From Lama guanicoe (taxonomy: Eukaryota): DNA of 64,000 nucleotides. Location of the stretch: assembly GCA_013239625.1 (NCBI GenBank), contig MU053652.1:7959027-8023026 (forward strand), given 5' to 3'. The notes beneath the pieces were generated by a model. The model worked only from the letters and a program-made list of their open reading frames with translations. It did not search any database and was not told the DNA's origin. The position numbers were made by a program, and so were the translations under genes. This document shows positions 1-14,207 of this stretch, piece by piece (the first letter of the stretch is position 1; each line of letters starts with the position of its first letter).

Positions 1-1904
1 TAAGAAAAGAAGGAATGAAGGAGGCACACTTAGATTGACAGTGACACTGTAGCAAAATTTTGAAAATCCCATTACTGAAAGTTGCTGATAAGTTGGGTTC
101 TTTATTATTAAAATTTCATAAATTGTTTTAGAATAAGGTTTATAATAGCCAACTATGCGTGGAAAATTATAAAATTATTTAATGGGTCTTTATTTCTTAA
201 AAGCAGATGTTTTAAGAATTTGTTTTAAATTTATTTAAATGTTTAAATGGGATTTGGTGGGGAATTTATTGTTGTTTTAAGTTCACATATACATCCAGAC
301 AGTGTTTTACAATGTTAATATTTGGTCCTTTGGCAAGGGGATTTCCGTAATGGAATTTCAGGCTCTATTTAATAACACATTTTTTTCTTTTGCAAGCTGC
401 AACTTCTTGTTTTCTGGTTAAAAAGTAAAGTAAGAAGGTTTTTAGAGCTTGGTATCTCATTTTCCTAATTGTTTTTATTTTTAAAAGTGAATGAATGCAT
501 TTTGACAGCACCATACTAACAGGGCTGTAATTCATATGAATTTTCGTCAGAAAACAGATTTTCTCATCTGATTTTTTAATTCTCCTGCTTGATCTTTAAC
601 ATCTTAAGCTAATATATGAAAAGCCCATTTTTCTGAAGTTTTCAGTGCTAGAGGCCCGGGGTCGGGGAGCCTGTGGCGCTCTCATGCTGAGGGTGTGCAC
701 TTGCAGAACATAGGTATGTTCTGAGCAGGCCGACGGCATACTCACATTCTCCAGGCTACTTTTTAAAACCAAAGTCCTTGTTTCTAAGCCATCTTCATAA
801 TTTTTAAAATGGCTCTTGTGTAGCTTCTGTTGCTTTATGTCCTGTTCATGACTGTCTCTGAAATTCAAAGAAGAGTTTGGTCAGCAAACATTAAAAATGT
901 GGAACACTGTTCTCTTGGAAAGCCTTTCTGAAGTTTTGATTCCCAGCAGTTGATCTTACATTTCTGCCTTTATTATTATTAGAAAAGACTTGCATGTGTA
1001 ATAAGTCTTTGGAATTCTCTTATTAAAGGAGGACATTCTTCAGGCATAGATAAGTAATCCAAAACGGTGGCATCTCCAAATCTTAATGTACTCTGTTTTT
1101 TATTACAACGCCCAGTATTCATTGAACTGATGTACCAAATTACTTAATCATCTACTTCTGGTTATTTAAATTCCTTCTATTAAAAAAAACATAATTAATA
1201 TATATTCACATAAATGGTTTGTTTTATATTTATATTAAAATATAATTTTTGTTATATTTCAAGTTATTTCCTCAATTTCTAGTTTAGGAGGGAGATTTCT
1301 GGATCAGAAAACATGATTATTGTTTTCAGAGGATGTGTAAGTGCTGTGCCAGTAAATGGGTGTATTACTCTTACAGAAACTGAGATTGACTAGTTACATT
1401 CTAGATTATAATATAAAGGAAACTGAATTTAGAATTAAATGAAGGTTTCCATTGTTTCATGATACAGTCATGAGGGAGGTGGCAACATGGTGTACTGGAA
1501 AACCCTAATGCATGTTCTGAGGTGTCTATTGCATGTAATGCATTAGCTGCTTTCCTGTGCATCTCAAAGAGTGCTAGTTAGGTACATACGTATCCTTGGG
1601 AAAATTGGGACAGTAGTTGCTCAAATCACTTTTCATATCTTCAATATAGCTTTCAAGCTGTGTAATCCTGTGCAATTCACTTAAAATCTTTTCTTTCCTC
1701 AGTTCTACCATCTTTAAAAAAGGAGATGTTAAAATTTATCTTTGGGATGATAATATGTTCAAAGTGTCCAGCACTGTAATTAGTAACCACAAATCTTGCT
1801 TTCAGGTTTGACTTAGTACCTATACTTAAGTGGTTAACTGCTTTATGGAGGTCAGCCTTTACTAATACTGCTACTTTATTGCTTAAATGTTCGTTTTATT
1901 GGAA

Positions 1905-2145
1905 AACAGTGTGGTAGAGGGAGTAAGAATGTAGGATCTGAAGTCACAAATTGTCTGGATTGGAATTTCAGCTTTGCTGCTTAGCTGTGTGATACTGAGC
2001 AAATTATTTACCCTTTTTAACCTTGTGTTTCTCAAGCATAAAGTGAGGTTATAATAGTAATGAAAATTAAGTGGAGTTAAATTTAGAAGTCCTTATTAAA
2101 GCACATTTCCTGACACATTTTAAGCATCAGTAAATGTTAGCTTTC
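1905..2145 (+). mobile_element. MIR SINE
   Basis: MIR core-like ttagctgtgtgatactgagcaaattatttacc...gtaaatgttagct. Confidence 0.7.
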
Positions 2146-2382
2146 AGTAATTATTTTTAATATAGTTATTGTATTATTTATTACTGCAAAAGAAATTAAA
2201 AAGTAGCTTAAAATAACAATAAATTTTTATTACTTTTTTGTTTGTTTGGGTCTGGAATTTAAGTACAGGTTGGCTGGCGGTTCTGGTTGTGTCTCTCATG
2301 AGACAGCTGTCAAGGTAGCAGCAGGAGCTGTGGTTATTCGTATTATTTTGAACCTAATGGCTATACATTTTGTGTTTTGCAG

Positions 2383-2517
2383 ACTATGTCTTCAGCAGTG
2401 GTACAGTTATATGCAGCAGATCGGAACTGTATGTGGTCAAAGAAGTGCAGTGGTGTTGCTTGTCTTGTTAAGGACAATCCACAAAGATCTTATTTTTTAA
2501 GAATATTTGATATCAAG
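2383..2517 (+). CDS. WASL: N-WASP coding exon 2 (WH1/EVH1 domain)
   Basis: ttgcag|ACTATG...ATCAAG|gtgagt, 135 nt; TMSSAVVQLYAADRNCMWSKKCSGVACLVKDNPQRSYFLRIFDIK matches N-WASP. Confidence 0.97.
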
Positions 2518-4444
2518 GTGAGTTTGGTTTTACTTCCACTTAAACTGTAGGTGACTAGGTCTTCTATTTCAATTATAACTTAGTATAGATTTGTTTATCC
2601 TGTATGTAATATTTAAATTATACTTAAATTAATATTAGAAGAGTGAAGCTTGGTTTTAGATATTGAAGCATGGGCTTTGGGACCAGTGGGAACACGTTCT
2701 AAGCTGGAACATGAATAGTTCCCCATTTTATCTTCCCACACATTAATGGTTTTGTTGGTTTGTCTGTTTTTATTCCTTTGGGCCGTGGACTTTCCCCACA
2801 TTCTCTCCTTTTTTAATAATACTTTTTTTTTTTATTCTATCCTGTCCATTGCAGATGAGTACATAGTCCTTTCAGGGAACTACAGAAGTATATTTTAGCT
2901 TGGTATGTACTTATTTACTTTGGCCCAGGTTTAAAGCATCAGACAATATCTATAATCATGTATTTGCTACCCATTTTATGTTGTTTCTCAGCGTAAGTAT
3001 GTTCGGATTTTCACAGCTTTGTATCCCTCACTTGAACATAAATCCACATTGTCTTAGAGTGGATGCCCTTTGTCAGATATTCATCTCTGACAGTGACTGT
3101 AAAAATAATTAGCTTAGGTGACATCTCACATCTTTTAAAATCTTTTCTGTGGATAAGCCTCCTTGCTTAATATTTATATGTGGCAATAAGTATAATGAGG
3201 TTGTAATTACAAAAAAAAAAACAAAAGTGACTTTGAACTCTGGGATGATACTTACGGTTAGATGGATGGTAATTAGACTGTTTTTACTCTGCTGGGCTCT
3301 AGCTTATTTATTTGTGAAATGGGATAACCATCTGGGTCTGTAGCAAAGTATTTCCCTGAGATTAAGTAACTGCACTTTGTAAAATTCGTCATTCTTAACA
3401 TCCCCTTCTCCATACCCCAAGGCAGCTGAGTATGTGGCATACTCCTCTCACTAACAGGGGCTTACTGTGATGGTGATTCTGGGGGGTGGGGGACATATGC
3501 ATAGTGTAAAAGATACCCCTAAGTCCTTTGATATTTCTCGTCACTAATGAGAAACATTGTTTAGAAATCGAATATACACGTAACTCCACTGAGAAGACAA
3601 GGATTTCATTACAGTGGTCATAATGTGTGTATAGAGTATTTAAATATTTTTAAATTGTGGTCTAGGTAGAACTTTGTGTTTCAGAATAGGGCAGTGATTA
3701 TATTTCTCTAACCGTTTATCTCCGATTATAGATAACCATTGCTGAATACTTGCAGTTAGGCACCTTTGGTGTTAAAGGTGATTATTATTTCTTGTACTGC
3801 AGCTGTGAATATGATAATCATCCTTGGATCTCTTAACTGTAGTTTAACCTCGGTGTGCTTTACTCATCAGTCTTTCTGCACATGATTGATACTCCTTATA
3901 CCAGTGTTTAAGTAGGAGACCACTCTGCAAAAGTAAGAATTCAAAGATTGTGAATGAGCAGTACAGAGAAGGTATATTTGACCCTCCCAGCATCTACAGA
4001 ACTGAGGAACGGAGGATGAAGTCTTCGTGGAATATTTGATAACACAGTCTTAATACTGCTGATGGAACTATGCACTGATAATTAGTGCATGTTCAAAAAT
4101 ATCCTATCCCTTCTATCCAACATTGGCCGTCTAGTAATTGTTCTAGTTGTGTGTTTGACAAAGTGACTGTACTTGGGAATGCTTGGCTAGTGAGATTATA
4201 TCTTAGTATACTGAATTCAACTGACTTGATATGTAGTTTTTATGAAAGAAATATCCAGTATTTACTGTTTTGTTATTACTTATTAAATTGTGTGATATGT
4301 TACTTATGTATTTTACATGTATGTGATCTGTATGTATCTAAAAGCTATTATTAATATAAATAATTTCTTTAATTTTTTTTTTCCTAAAGAAATTTCTTTA
4401 ATTTCTTTTTGGTAACTCTTATTTTAACTTCTACTTTTTTCTAG

Positions 4445-4531
4445 GATGGGAAACTATTGTGGGAACAAGAACTATACAATAACTTTGTATATAATAGTCC
4501 TAGAGGATATTTTCATACCTTCGCTGGGGAT
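4445..4531 (+). CDS. WASL: N-WASP exon 3 (WH1)
   Basis: ctag|GATGGG...GGGGAT|gtaagt, 87 nt; [29 protein letters not shown]. Confidence 0.97.
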
Positions 4532-5677
4532 GTAAGTCATATTTCTTTCATTGCTCTGTTTAATGTAATTGCTTTTACATTTGTCTATGGAAAGTGTTTA
4601 TGAGCTTTTTGTGTAAGCATAGTATAAAATATAAAGAATTCTTTTACTTTTAAAAGCCACTTCACAGATATTATGACTTAATCAGAAGAAATGGCTAAGA
4701 TTTTAAAGGCAGAAAAGAATATGGTTTCAAAGAGTAGTGCTAATGTAATTTGGTATGTAGAAAAGAAGTTTTGTTTTTTCATCTTCTGTGCCTTTGGGCA
4801 GATAGTTTAACCTTCCTGGGTTTTAGTTTTCCTATCTATAAAAATGAAACAACTAATCCATGGTAACTTAAATATTGAATTCTATATTGCCATTCAAGTT
4901 ATTTTGTGAAAGAGTATTTCATGGTCTGGAAGAGTAGTAAAATATAATAAATGGGGAGGGAAACAGAATTTTAAAAATTATTGCATATACTTGGGGAAAA
5001 TGTTAGAAGGATTTCTGTACCACACACAGGAATTGTCTGAGTGACTAGATTATGGGTGATTTAAGTTTTCTTGTTTTCATATTTGTATTTCTTAAATTTT
5101 CTACAATAAAAGGTTGGATTAGAAGGTGTATCCATCTTTTCAGAAAATATTTTCTTTGTTATTTTTCATATTTTTCTTGATAGTCTATTATGGATTAAAT
5201 GCCATAATAAATAATGTCAGTGTGTTTCCACATTTTTAATAATTTACATGAGTTAAGATTATAATTTAAATAATTAAGCTATAATTAACCTATGCAATAA
5301 AAACATAAAGCTAGTAAAGATAGAATTGATCTGCATTTGATCGTTTCCAGTGTTTGCCTTTTCAAACCAAATGTTTATAGAGCTCTGTTGATCAAATTCT
5401 ACTTACTGTTTTTTTTTAATTGAAGGTGAAGTATTCAGTTTAACATTTGAGTGTCTACTGCAGTAGGTAACCTCTCTAATAGTCGTCTTTTACTCTGCCT
5501 TGCCTTCTCCATGCTTTTTGCCTTTGTGAATTAATTCAGGTCATAAAATAAGTTCTTGTCTGCTATAAAGTTAAGGTTTCTTTCTTCATAAATGAACTTC
5601 TATTGGTTATCAACTTTTTAAAGTAAAGCTAAATTTGTTGTTTTTATTGTTAACTTTTTTTGATGAATATATTTCAG

Positions 5678-5774
5678 ACTTGTCAAGTGGCTCTTAATTT
5701 TGCCAATGAAGAAGAAGCAAAAAAATTCCGAAAAGCAGTTACAGACTTGTTGGGTCGGCGACAAAGAAAATCTG
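5678..5774 (+). CDS. WASL: N-WASP exon 4 (end of WH1)
   Basis: ttcag|ACTTGT...TCTG|gtaaac, 97 nt; TCQVALNFANEEEAKKFRKAVTDLLGRRQRKS. Confidence 0.97.
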
Positions 5775-5807
5775 GTAAACTTTTTTTTTTTTTTTAATTT
5801 CTTTAAG

Positions 5808-6013
5808 CAGGAGCTGTCAAATTATGGCTCAAGGGACAGATCTGGCTTGTCATCTATTTTTGTTGAAACATAGCTATGCTTGTTGGTTTACATGTTGTCT
5901 TTGGCTGCTTTTTTGCTGCAACACAGTTGTAGTTCTGACAAAGACTGTATGGCCCGCAAAGCCTAAAATATTTCCTATCTGGCCATTTATAAAAAACAGA
6001 TTGCTGATCCTTA
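5808..6013. mobile_element. MER58A-like hAT-Charlie DNA transposon
   Basis: gactgtatggcccgcaaagcctaaaatatttcctatctggcc...ttgctgatcct signature. Confidence 0.8.
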
Positions 6014-7959
6014 CCTTAAAAGAAATAATATTTTTATTGAGAGCTAATTTTTTTCAAATTTATTGAAGAACTCGTTCCAATAAGCTTTTTTGTTGATAAC
6101 ATTTTATATATACTGACTTTTAAATTTGCATTTTTATAGCATTATTTGTAACTTACATTTTAAAAAGTATTTTGTAGTTGTGAACAAAGATTTTAGGCAG
6201 GCCTAAAGGCAGATAAGCAAAGTTGCAAACAAGATCTGTAAACATTGCCTTGTCTCTGTTCTGTCCCTGATGTTCTATGTTATAAAACCAAAAGAAGTTT
6301 AGTTTAATGCATGAGACCTAATACATATAAAACAATTAGAGAATGATATAGGATAGTATAGAGCTTTAAATTAATTGGTGTAGAACTATCTGACAGCGAT
6401 GCACCAGGCCTTTCTGTTGTAAAGTGGGAGAGGGTGATTAGGAAAGGTGAACTTCTCCAAAATCATCTTCTTAAGCAGATCACTTTTAGGAGACATAACT
6501 TATGGGGGTTGAAATCAGCAAATAGATCCCCTTAAAACTAGCCAAGCCCATGTACTACTCCTTGAAAACTATTTCTGTACATCCACATATACATGTTATC
6601 CCAGTTTGAAAATCACTGTATTCAAGGATGTGTTTTACCAATAGAAGGTAATAAGTCATGGAAAAGGAAGACACTGGATCCGGAAAGCAGGAATGTAAAA
6701 GCATGTATTCCATTTTGTACATGTTTCTTGTTATTTTAACGGGTTTCTCAGAGGAAGGTAATGTGAAAATGAAAATAAAACGAACTAAGTTGTTGCCTCA
6801 CTTACTGCCATCTTGTTATATCCCCCCTGTAATGAGTGAATAGGAGAATTACTAGGAGTCTATTATCTTTTGTTACTTCTTTTGGGGGCAGAGAGTGTTT
6901 ACCACTTGATTCCATGCTAGGAAAGGATTTAACGCTGAGGAATAACTATGATCAACTTCCAACTTTGCCTCTCTTTGACTTAGGTGACGGAATCTAACTT
7001 TTGGAGCAACAAAGAATTAGTTTGTTTTCTTTTTTCCCTCCATTAGACATTAAATGTTGGAAGCCATCTATCATGTCCTCCTTAGGTCTTCACTTCTTTA
7101 GTTTAACTAGTTCCAGTTTCTTATTCCTTACATGATGTGATTTGCACTGAATCCACTATAGATTTTTATGTCTTCAAATGGTCCAGATTTGAAGAAATGG
7201 TCCAACTTCAAATATGGTGTTTAGTTTGGAACACTGTACTTCAAAAGTTGTATGACCAGTTTTAGTAGATACTAAAAACATCCCCTGGTTTGATTAAATG
7301 CTGTTCTGCTAATGTTTCTAGCAAGTACCTCACACCGTTAGCTTCCATTCTTCTTCGTTGAACTAAATCTTCTCTTTTTTTTTTATATAAATGGCTCTCA
7401 AGCCAGGATAGTGTCATGTTTCTAAATAATTGCTTTTCAGAACTTATACTTTGAACTTTACATTTATCTCAGAATATTTCCATTTTTGTGCCACCACCAA
7501 TTTAAGAAGTATTTCCTCTCTGGATGCAGAGATGGCATCACCTTGGAAATCAGAGGTTTGACATTCATTGACATAGATAGGACTTGCTTACATCAAATAT
7601 TTCAGAAAATTACTTTATCAGACCACCAGATGGAGTAATACATTTATATTCTCTTTGCCAGGATTTTCAACTTGTCCCTCAGTTAAATCTTACTAATTTT
7701 AGTTTATGGCTGTTTATAAAGTAATTATTTTACTATATCATTATTAATGGGTATTTGTCTTCAGATTTTGGAAAATTTTGTGTTAGAAAACTGTGGAAAT
7801 TATATTTGTTTAAAATTCTTCAACCACTTTTGAACTTTGTTGAAACCAAAATTGTGTCAAACCTGGTATGTAAGAGTATGAATGCAAAGGATTAATAGAA
7901 GTTCTCCTGGAATAACTCCTACCTAATTGACTATAGCTTTTCAGTGTTATTTTGGTCTG

Positions 7960-8745
7960 CCCCGGTGCTCAGACATCTCTGGGTATTCTCATTACCTTTG
8001 TGCTTTCATTCAGTCCCATAGCTTTGAATACTGTCTATACGCTACTAACTCCCAAAGTCTTATTTACACTGTTGGCCTCTCCCCTGACCTTTAGACTTGT
8101 GTGCTCCATTTGGGTGTCAGAATAGCCTTCAGACCTAATATTTCTGAACGGAACTTGATCCATGTTTCCCAGCCCCAGTCAGATGTGTTCCTTTCCTAGT
8201 CGTCCCCATCCCGGTAAAAGGCATTGCCTCCACCTTGTCATTCTGACTCACTGTGGTGTCTCATGTACCCTATTGGGGAGTTCTGTTGTCTCTGCCTTTG
8301 CATGTCCTGGGTTTATTTCTTGCCACTTCTGTTGCTGCCACCCTAATCCAAGCCACCATCATCTGTCAATATCTGTCATCTGGACTACCCTAACTCTCTC
8401 ACTTGTCTCCCTGCTGTCACTGTATGCCCCCTACTGTCTGTTTTCCACATAGGAACCAGGCAAGACTTTGAAAGATTAGATCATGTCACTTGCGCTATTT
8501 AAAACCCGTATCATATATAGAATACACTCTACCTTAACCCATGACCTGTGGGACCCACATGATTCAGTTCCCTGGTTCTCCTGACTTCTGACCTCTCTCC
8601 TTCCACTGTTCCTTTGGCTCACTATAGTTCAGTATTATGGTGCTCCTTCATGCTGTTCTCTCCTTAGGGCCTCTCTCTTATTTTATTCAAATGTCTGCTC
8701 AAATGTCGATTCCTCAGAGAAACTTTTCTTAACCACTTATATATC
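7960..8745 (+). mobile_element. L2 fragment
   Basis: L2 3' region motifs (ccaagccaccatcatct, gatcatgtcact, ctcaaatgtc...cagaga). Confidence 0.65.
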
Positions 8746-8840
8746 GACTAAGGAATAAGACAGTTTAGAAGAGTTAATTTTTATGTTTATTTTTGTTTTA
8801 CATATGTCTAATAATGTTCTTTTAATTTATTTCCTAACAG

Positions 8841-8864
8841 AGAAAAGACGAGACCCCCCAAATG
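8841..8864 (+). CDS. WASL: N-WASP exon 5 (24-nt microexon)
   Basis: ctaacag|AGAAAAGACGAGACCCCCCAAATG|gtaagc; (E)KRRDPPN(G); phase 1-1 fits neighbours. Confidence 0.95.
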
Positions 8865-11044
8865 GTAAGCTCTTTGATAATTATTGATCAAAAAGATTTT
8901 AGATTATAATTTAATCCTTGTAGAAACATGTATCGTACATTAATACCCGGTATTTAAATATCTGTGATCAAATAACTGTAGTTTATTGTATTTTATTTTA
9001 AAATAAATAACAGGTAGGACATATAAATGTACTATTCTTTGGCTTTTTTCTAGGATGAGGGAATCTGTAGGATGAAGATCACTATTACTTACATCTTAAT
9101 TCTGTATTCACAATTGATTAAGTTTAGAAATTGTACAATCTGGTCTTAATGTCTTCCTGAAAGGTGGTAAATTTTGTCTAGTACAGTTGTTCGTTTCCTA
9201 CTTTCATATGTATCTTTCTTATTTCAAGAGATTATTTCACACTGGAAATAGGAAACTAGCCCCATGGCACTTACTAATCTGGTGTGTTTAAACAAATAGT
9301 AGCTGTACATAATCCTCCTTAATTTGATAACGAACGCTTGAAACATTGTGAATTCATTTATTTTAAAAATACATATTTATACCAAAGAATAAAAGCAGAA
9401 TACAAAGATACGAAGGACAAAGTCCCAGATCTCTAGAGCAGAGAGTCTCATTCTAGATCCCATAAACCCTCGCTGAGATTGTGTGCTACATTTTAGAAGT
9501 ATATATGTTCTTTACTCTGGGGAGAGAGGGTCCATGGCTTTCATCACATGTAAATAGTATCCCTGACCCTATGATAGTGAAGAACCATTGCTCCAGGAGC
9601 CTTTCTTATAATGGGGAATATAGCTGCTGCTGCTTTTTAAAAGCGTCTCAAATTCTCTCATCAGAATTTAGAATGATTACGTAGGGAAACAGTCTAGTAC
9701 AGAGTTCTTAATATATGACAGCTACTGGTGGTTGTTGGTGTTTATTTTTTCGGGTTTTTTTTAAACAAATATATTGCCTTCTGATTTTGTCCTTAAATTT
9801 GTTTTCCTCATACAAAAACATGAACCAAATATTGCTGTATTAAATTTTAATTATTTACCTTATTATAATTAAAAAAAAGTCTGATTACCTTCAGTAGTGT
9901 TTACCATGTGCTAAGCATTGTATACTTTGACTTTCTCTTTTAAATGGATATTTTTAATACTTACATTATAGGACTGCTATAGAGATAAATGAAGTCATTA
10001 AAGTGTTTAGCATGGTGCTTAATAAATATTAGTTATCATGATGAAGACAATGACAGTGATAACAGCAGCTACTATTTAATGGTCATTTACTACCTGCCAG
10101 GTGCTGTCCAGCTCTTTGATAATTGAAGTAGCTGCAGATGAGCAGATAGGTAACTTGCTTAAGGTCACAAAACTAGGAAGTAGTGGAGTAAGAATCAGTC
10201 TGAAGTGATCTTAACTCTAGGGCCTGGCCCCTTAACCAACCACTGTGCCATGTCAAGATATCTTAAAGGAGAAACTAAGACCTAGAGAGGGTAAGTAACA
10301 TGCCGTGAGGTATGCAGCTAATATGTGGCAACGGCAAAAGAGGCAGAAACAGGTGAGTCAGAAGTCCTTCATCTGTGAGACTTTAGTGTGGCATTAGATT
10401 TTATTTCCTTTGTTGTGTGCTCAACATTTTAATCTTTTTGAATTATTAAACTATTTTGCATCCTGTGAGCATATATTGGGTACCAGTGCAGAAGGCTTCC
10501 TAGTGGTAGCATCTTTGGGGAAAATAACTTGAGATTTTAAAGTGTGGATGTTGTACAAATAATATAATTAGAGTTAAGGATATAAATATTTCATGGGATT
10601 TTTAAAAATCATCTCATTACATATAAAATATATTTCTGTAGAGGCACAATGGATAAAATTTGGATATTCTTTATGTGATAGTGTTGTCTCACAAGTTTAT
10701 TACCCCTAGTAAGAGAGATACTCATAATTAAACTCATAAATTAAATTCTCTGAGATTGCTTTTGATTTTAAGACTTTAGATCTATCGTTTTAACCCTTTG
10801 GTACAGTGGTCCCGAACTTTTTTCATTAAATAGAGACTTAAAAAATGGTATCACTAAATTACAAAATTATATAGCATGTGTTGCCAATATTTGCATACTT
10901 AATTATTTATAAAATATACATAAAATAATTATTAGTAGAAATTTTAATATTTTTTCCTGTCATGCAGTCGGTTGCCTTTCTGTCCCCAGCGTGGAGACCA
11001 CTGTTTTGGAAGTGGCATGTTACATTTCTGCATTTGGTGCACTG

Positions 11045-11057
11045 CCACTAGGTGGCA
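11045..11057 (+). promoter_or_regulatory. Candidate CTCF site in WASL intron 5
   Basis: CCACTAGGTGGCA matches the CTCF core CCASYAGRKGGCR. Confidence 0.6.
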
Positions 11058-13686
11058 ACGGACACCTTAACTGCCTTGCAGTGTCCGTGCAGGTGCTTTG
11101 TCCCAGACCCTCATTTAGATTGTCAGTTTAGCAGATCTTTTCAAATTGTAACTATTAAAAAGACACTTTATGTAGAAGCAACATGTATTCCTGATACGCA
11201 GTTTAGTGTCTTCCTCACTAACTCCTAATCCGTACATTTTTCTTTTTTTTTTTTCTTTATTGGTCAGTCTCACCTTTTAGCTTAGACACTTCCCAATGAT
11301 TTGTTCTCAGCTACATGACTGCTTGACATCAGAGGCCTCTAGGCCACCTGTTTCTCAACTATTTTACCTTGGTGAGAGCTCTCTGCTTTTTATGTAATTA
11401 AAGGGAAGGCTCTAGTTTGTTCTTTCAGTTTTAAAATTAGCTAGAAATGCTGTTCAGTGAGAATATTAAAAAAACCTCTTCTGTGACAGTTGTCCTTAAT
11501 CAGAAGAAAGTTATTTGTCATTTGACTGTTTTTTGAAAAAGAACAGCCCCCTTCATTATATATTTACTTAGTACATGTTCTTAGATGAGTGTAATTTTCT
11601 AAATGGAGTAATTAAATTTTACTAGAAATGATTTGAGTATCTCTTACCAAATCCTTCATAAACTTTATTAAAAAATGGCTCTATGCCTTATACAAGTTAT
11701 CCCTTTTTTTAGTGTGTCACTTTTGAAACAGACAATTAATTGGACTTTAGAATATTATTTTAAATTTATTTCCTAACATCTTTAAAGTAAATGACTATTG
11801 TCCACTGAAATAGCCAAATATATAATCTCTTGAATGTGTTAAAAAAACGTTTTTTCTAATCTTTAAAGTAATTAGTAAATATTTATTGAATGATGGATGA
11901 ATTGTTGGAATACAGATTGAGAGAATTGATAAATTGGTAAAGAAATAAAATACAATAACATTTGAATAGTTAGCATTATTAATCGCCTTGTCGTTTGACT
12001 TTTATGTGAAAAGTATATTAGTTAATAGAGTAGTGAACTAGGGTCCAAGATAGCAGAGTTCCCCTTTGCATTTGTCACTAATTGTGTGACTTTAGACAGA
12101 TCACCTGACTCTTCTTGACCTTAGTTTTTATAAAGGGAAAGATTCAGAAAAACACTCTTAATTTCCCAGCTAATACCAATTTTCAGTACATCTCTATAAT
12201 CTGCATTTTTCTGTATAGACTTAATTCAATAATGTTTTAACTAATACTGATAAAATTCATTTGTAATGACACTAAGTAGCTAATGCCACAGCTTTATAAA
12301 CTATTTTGGCAGATGCATAGCAATATATCCACCCCTGATTTTTGGGTAGAGAAAGGAAGGGAAACGCAGTCTGACTACAGTATGAGTTAAACTTTGATAT
12401 TCTTTCTGCATATCACTTATATTTTATCGCTGTCCTCTTTGTCTTTGAAGTTTCTTCAGAGATGGCTTGGTTATTTTTTCTAGTGAGTTATAAATCAGAC
12501 TTACAAAAACTTTATTATTTCCCAGAAAGGAATTCACTGGCTTGGATAAATTAAACTGTTAAAGTTAACTTTACCAACTCTGTACCATTTAGAACAGCCA
12601 TAGTATAGTAGGTTACTTTTATAAAGTAAAGCAGCATAAAAATGTTTTTATTTCTGTTTTTTTCCTAAAAACAAATTACAGTTAAATTTTTGTTATTTTT
12701 TCATGGTAATCTCGTTGTTCTCTTATTACTATTTGGACACCTATTTTGGAAAGGATAACATGTACAGAGTGCCTAACTCTGATACCCCTAACTATGTCTT
12801 AAGGGAGTTCTTAAATTGTGTTAAGTATAAAGATAGGAGAGTAAATAGTAATTTGCAGCATCCTATTGTGGATGGGGTTGCTGATAATGATTGGTAATGA
12901 TAAATTGTAAGAAGAGAGAAAGCAGAAAGAGAAAAATGAGAAGTAAAAACAGGTCACTAATGAGTCTGTGAAGCTATTAGAATGACCCCAGTTCAGTCCT
13001 TTAACACTTGAGTTCTGGGTATTTTTAGTAAGTCCCTTATTTTGTGAAACTACAGTGAATTCTGAAAACTTGTATCTGAATGAATTTGAAAATCCAGGTC
13101 TTTATCTGCTATTTAATAAGCCTTCTGTGTTGCTTAACTAACCTTTAATTTTTGATCCAATTATTTTCAGATTATTTCTTGATACTAAATCAGCTTTTAA
13201 CAGTTTTATCTGTATTTTTCACTAGCTTCCATTTTTCTCCAAGAAGAATTTTTATTTCTTGCCAATATGATCAACTCCCTGTGGAATTTTGTATGAAATT
13301 ATAAATAGAATTTTAGACATTTACATATTATACTTATGTAAGTAGACTTTGATTATTGAGGGAAAATAGCTGAATTTTGGTGATATTAAAAAATGTGCAT
13401 TTTTCCACATTGTTTCCACATTGTCTAATAAACTGGCACATGGCGTTCATAATTTTAGCTCTTTCATAATTTCATCTTTTATAGTAGAGTTGAGAGAGAG
13501 AAAATGGGTTATATGTAATTTACCCATGAAGGTAAACAATTGTATTTCAGATAACTTTAATGAATAGGATACACTTGAGGTTTTCAGTACAAGAAATTGA
13601 AGAATTACAGTCAACATGGCTTTTAGTGATCACCTAATACATATTAGCCTATAATTTCTTGGGATTTCTACCTGCCATTCTATGAT

Positions 13687-14207
13687 TGTTTTGGGGATTC
13701 CCTAGACCACCCCTACGGTTGGTGATTTTCTAGAAGGACTCATAGGACTGAGCACATATGACAAAGATTTATTGCAGTGACAGGATATAAAACAAAATCG
13801 ATAAAAGGAAAAGACACATGGGGTTACGTCCAGTGGGAGCTACACGCAGACTTCCAGGAGCATTCTCTCGTTGGAGTCACAGGAGATGTGCTTCATTTCT
13901 CCCGTAATGAATGTTGCAACATATGTGAAATGCTGTCCAAAGGAGCAGTTCAGTGCCTAGGATTTACTGGGGGCTAGTCACGTGGACATCCTCTGTCTGG
14001 CATATACCAAGATTCTAGGCGAAGAAAAGCAGGAATTCAGCATAAGCCACATTGGTAGCACAATTGTTAGTGAGCCTATCTTATCAGAGAGTGATAGGAA
14101 CTTTCTCGAAATCCTAGATCCAGATGCCAGCTAAGGGCCAGCCTTACAAGCAGGCTTTTCTAAAGATAGCAGTCTCAAGCCTGTTATATTAATTGTTTTT
14201 CTGCACA
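13687..14207. mobile_element. MER21-like solo LTR
   Basis: TG...CA termini; ggggattccctagaccaccc...ctagaaggactcatagga...aaaaggaaaagacacatggg. Confidence 0.7.
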
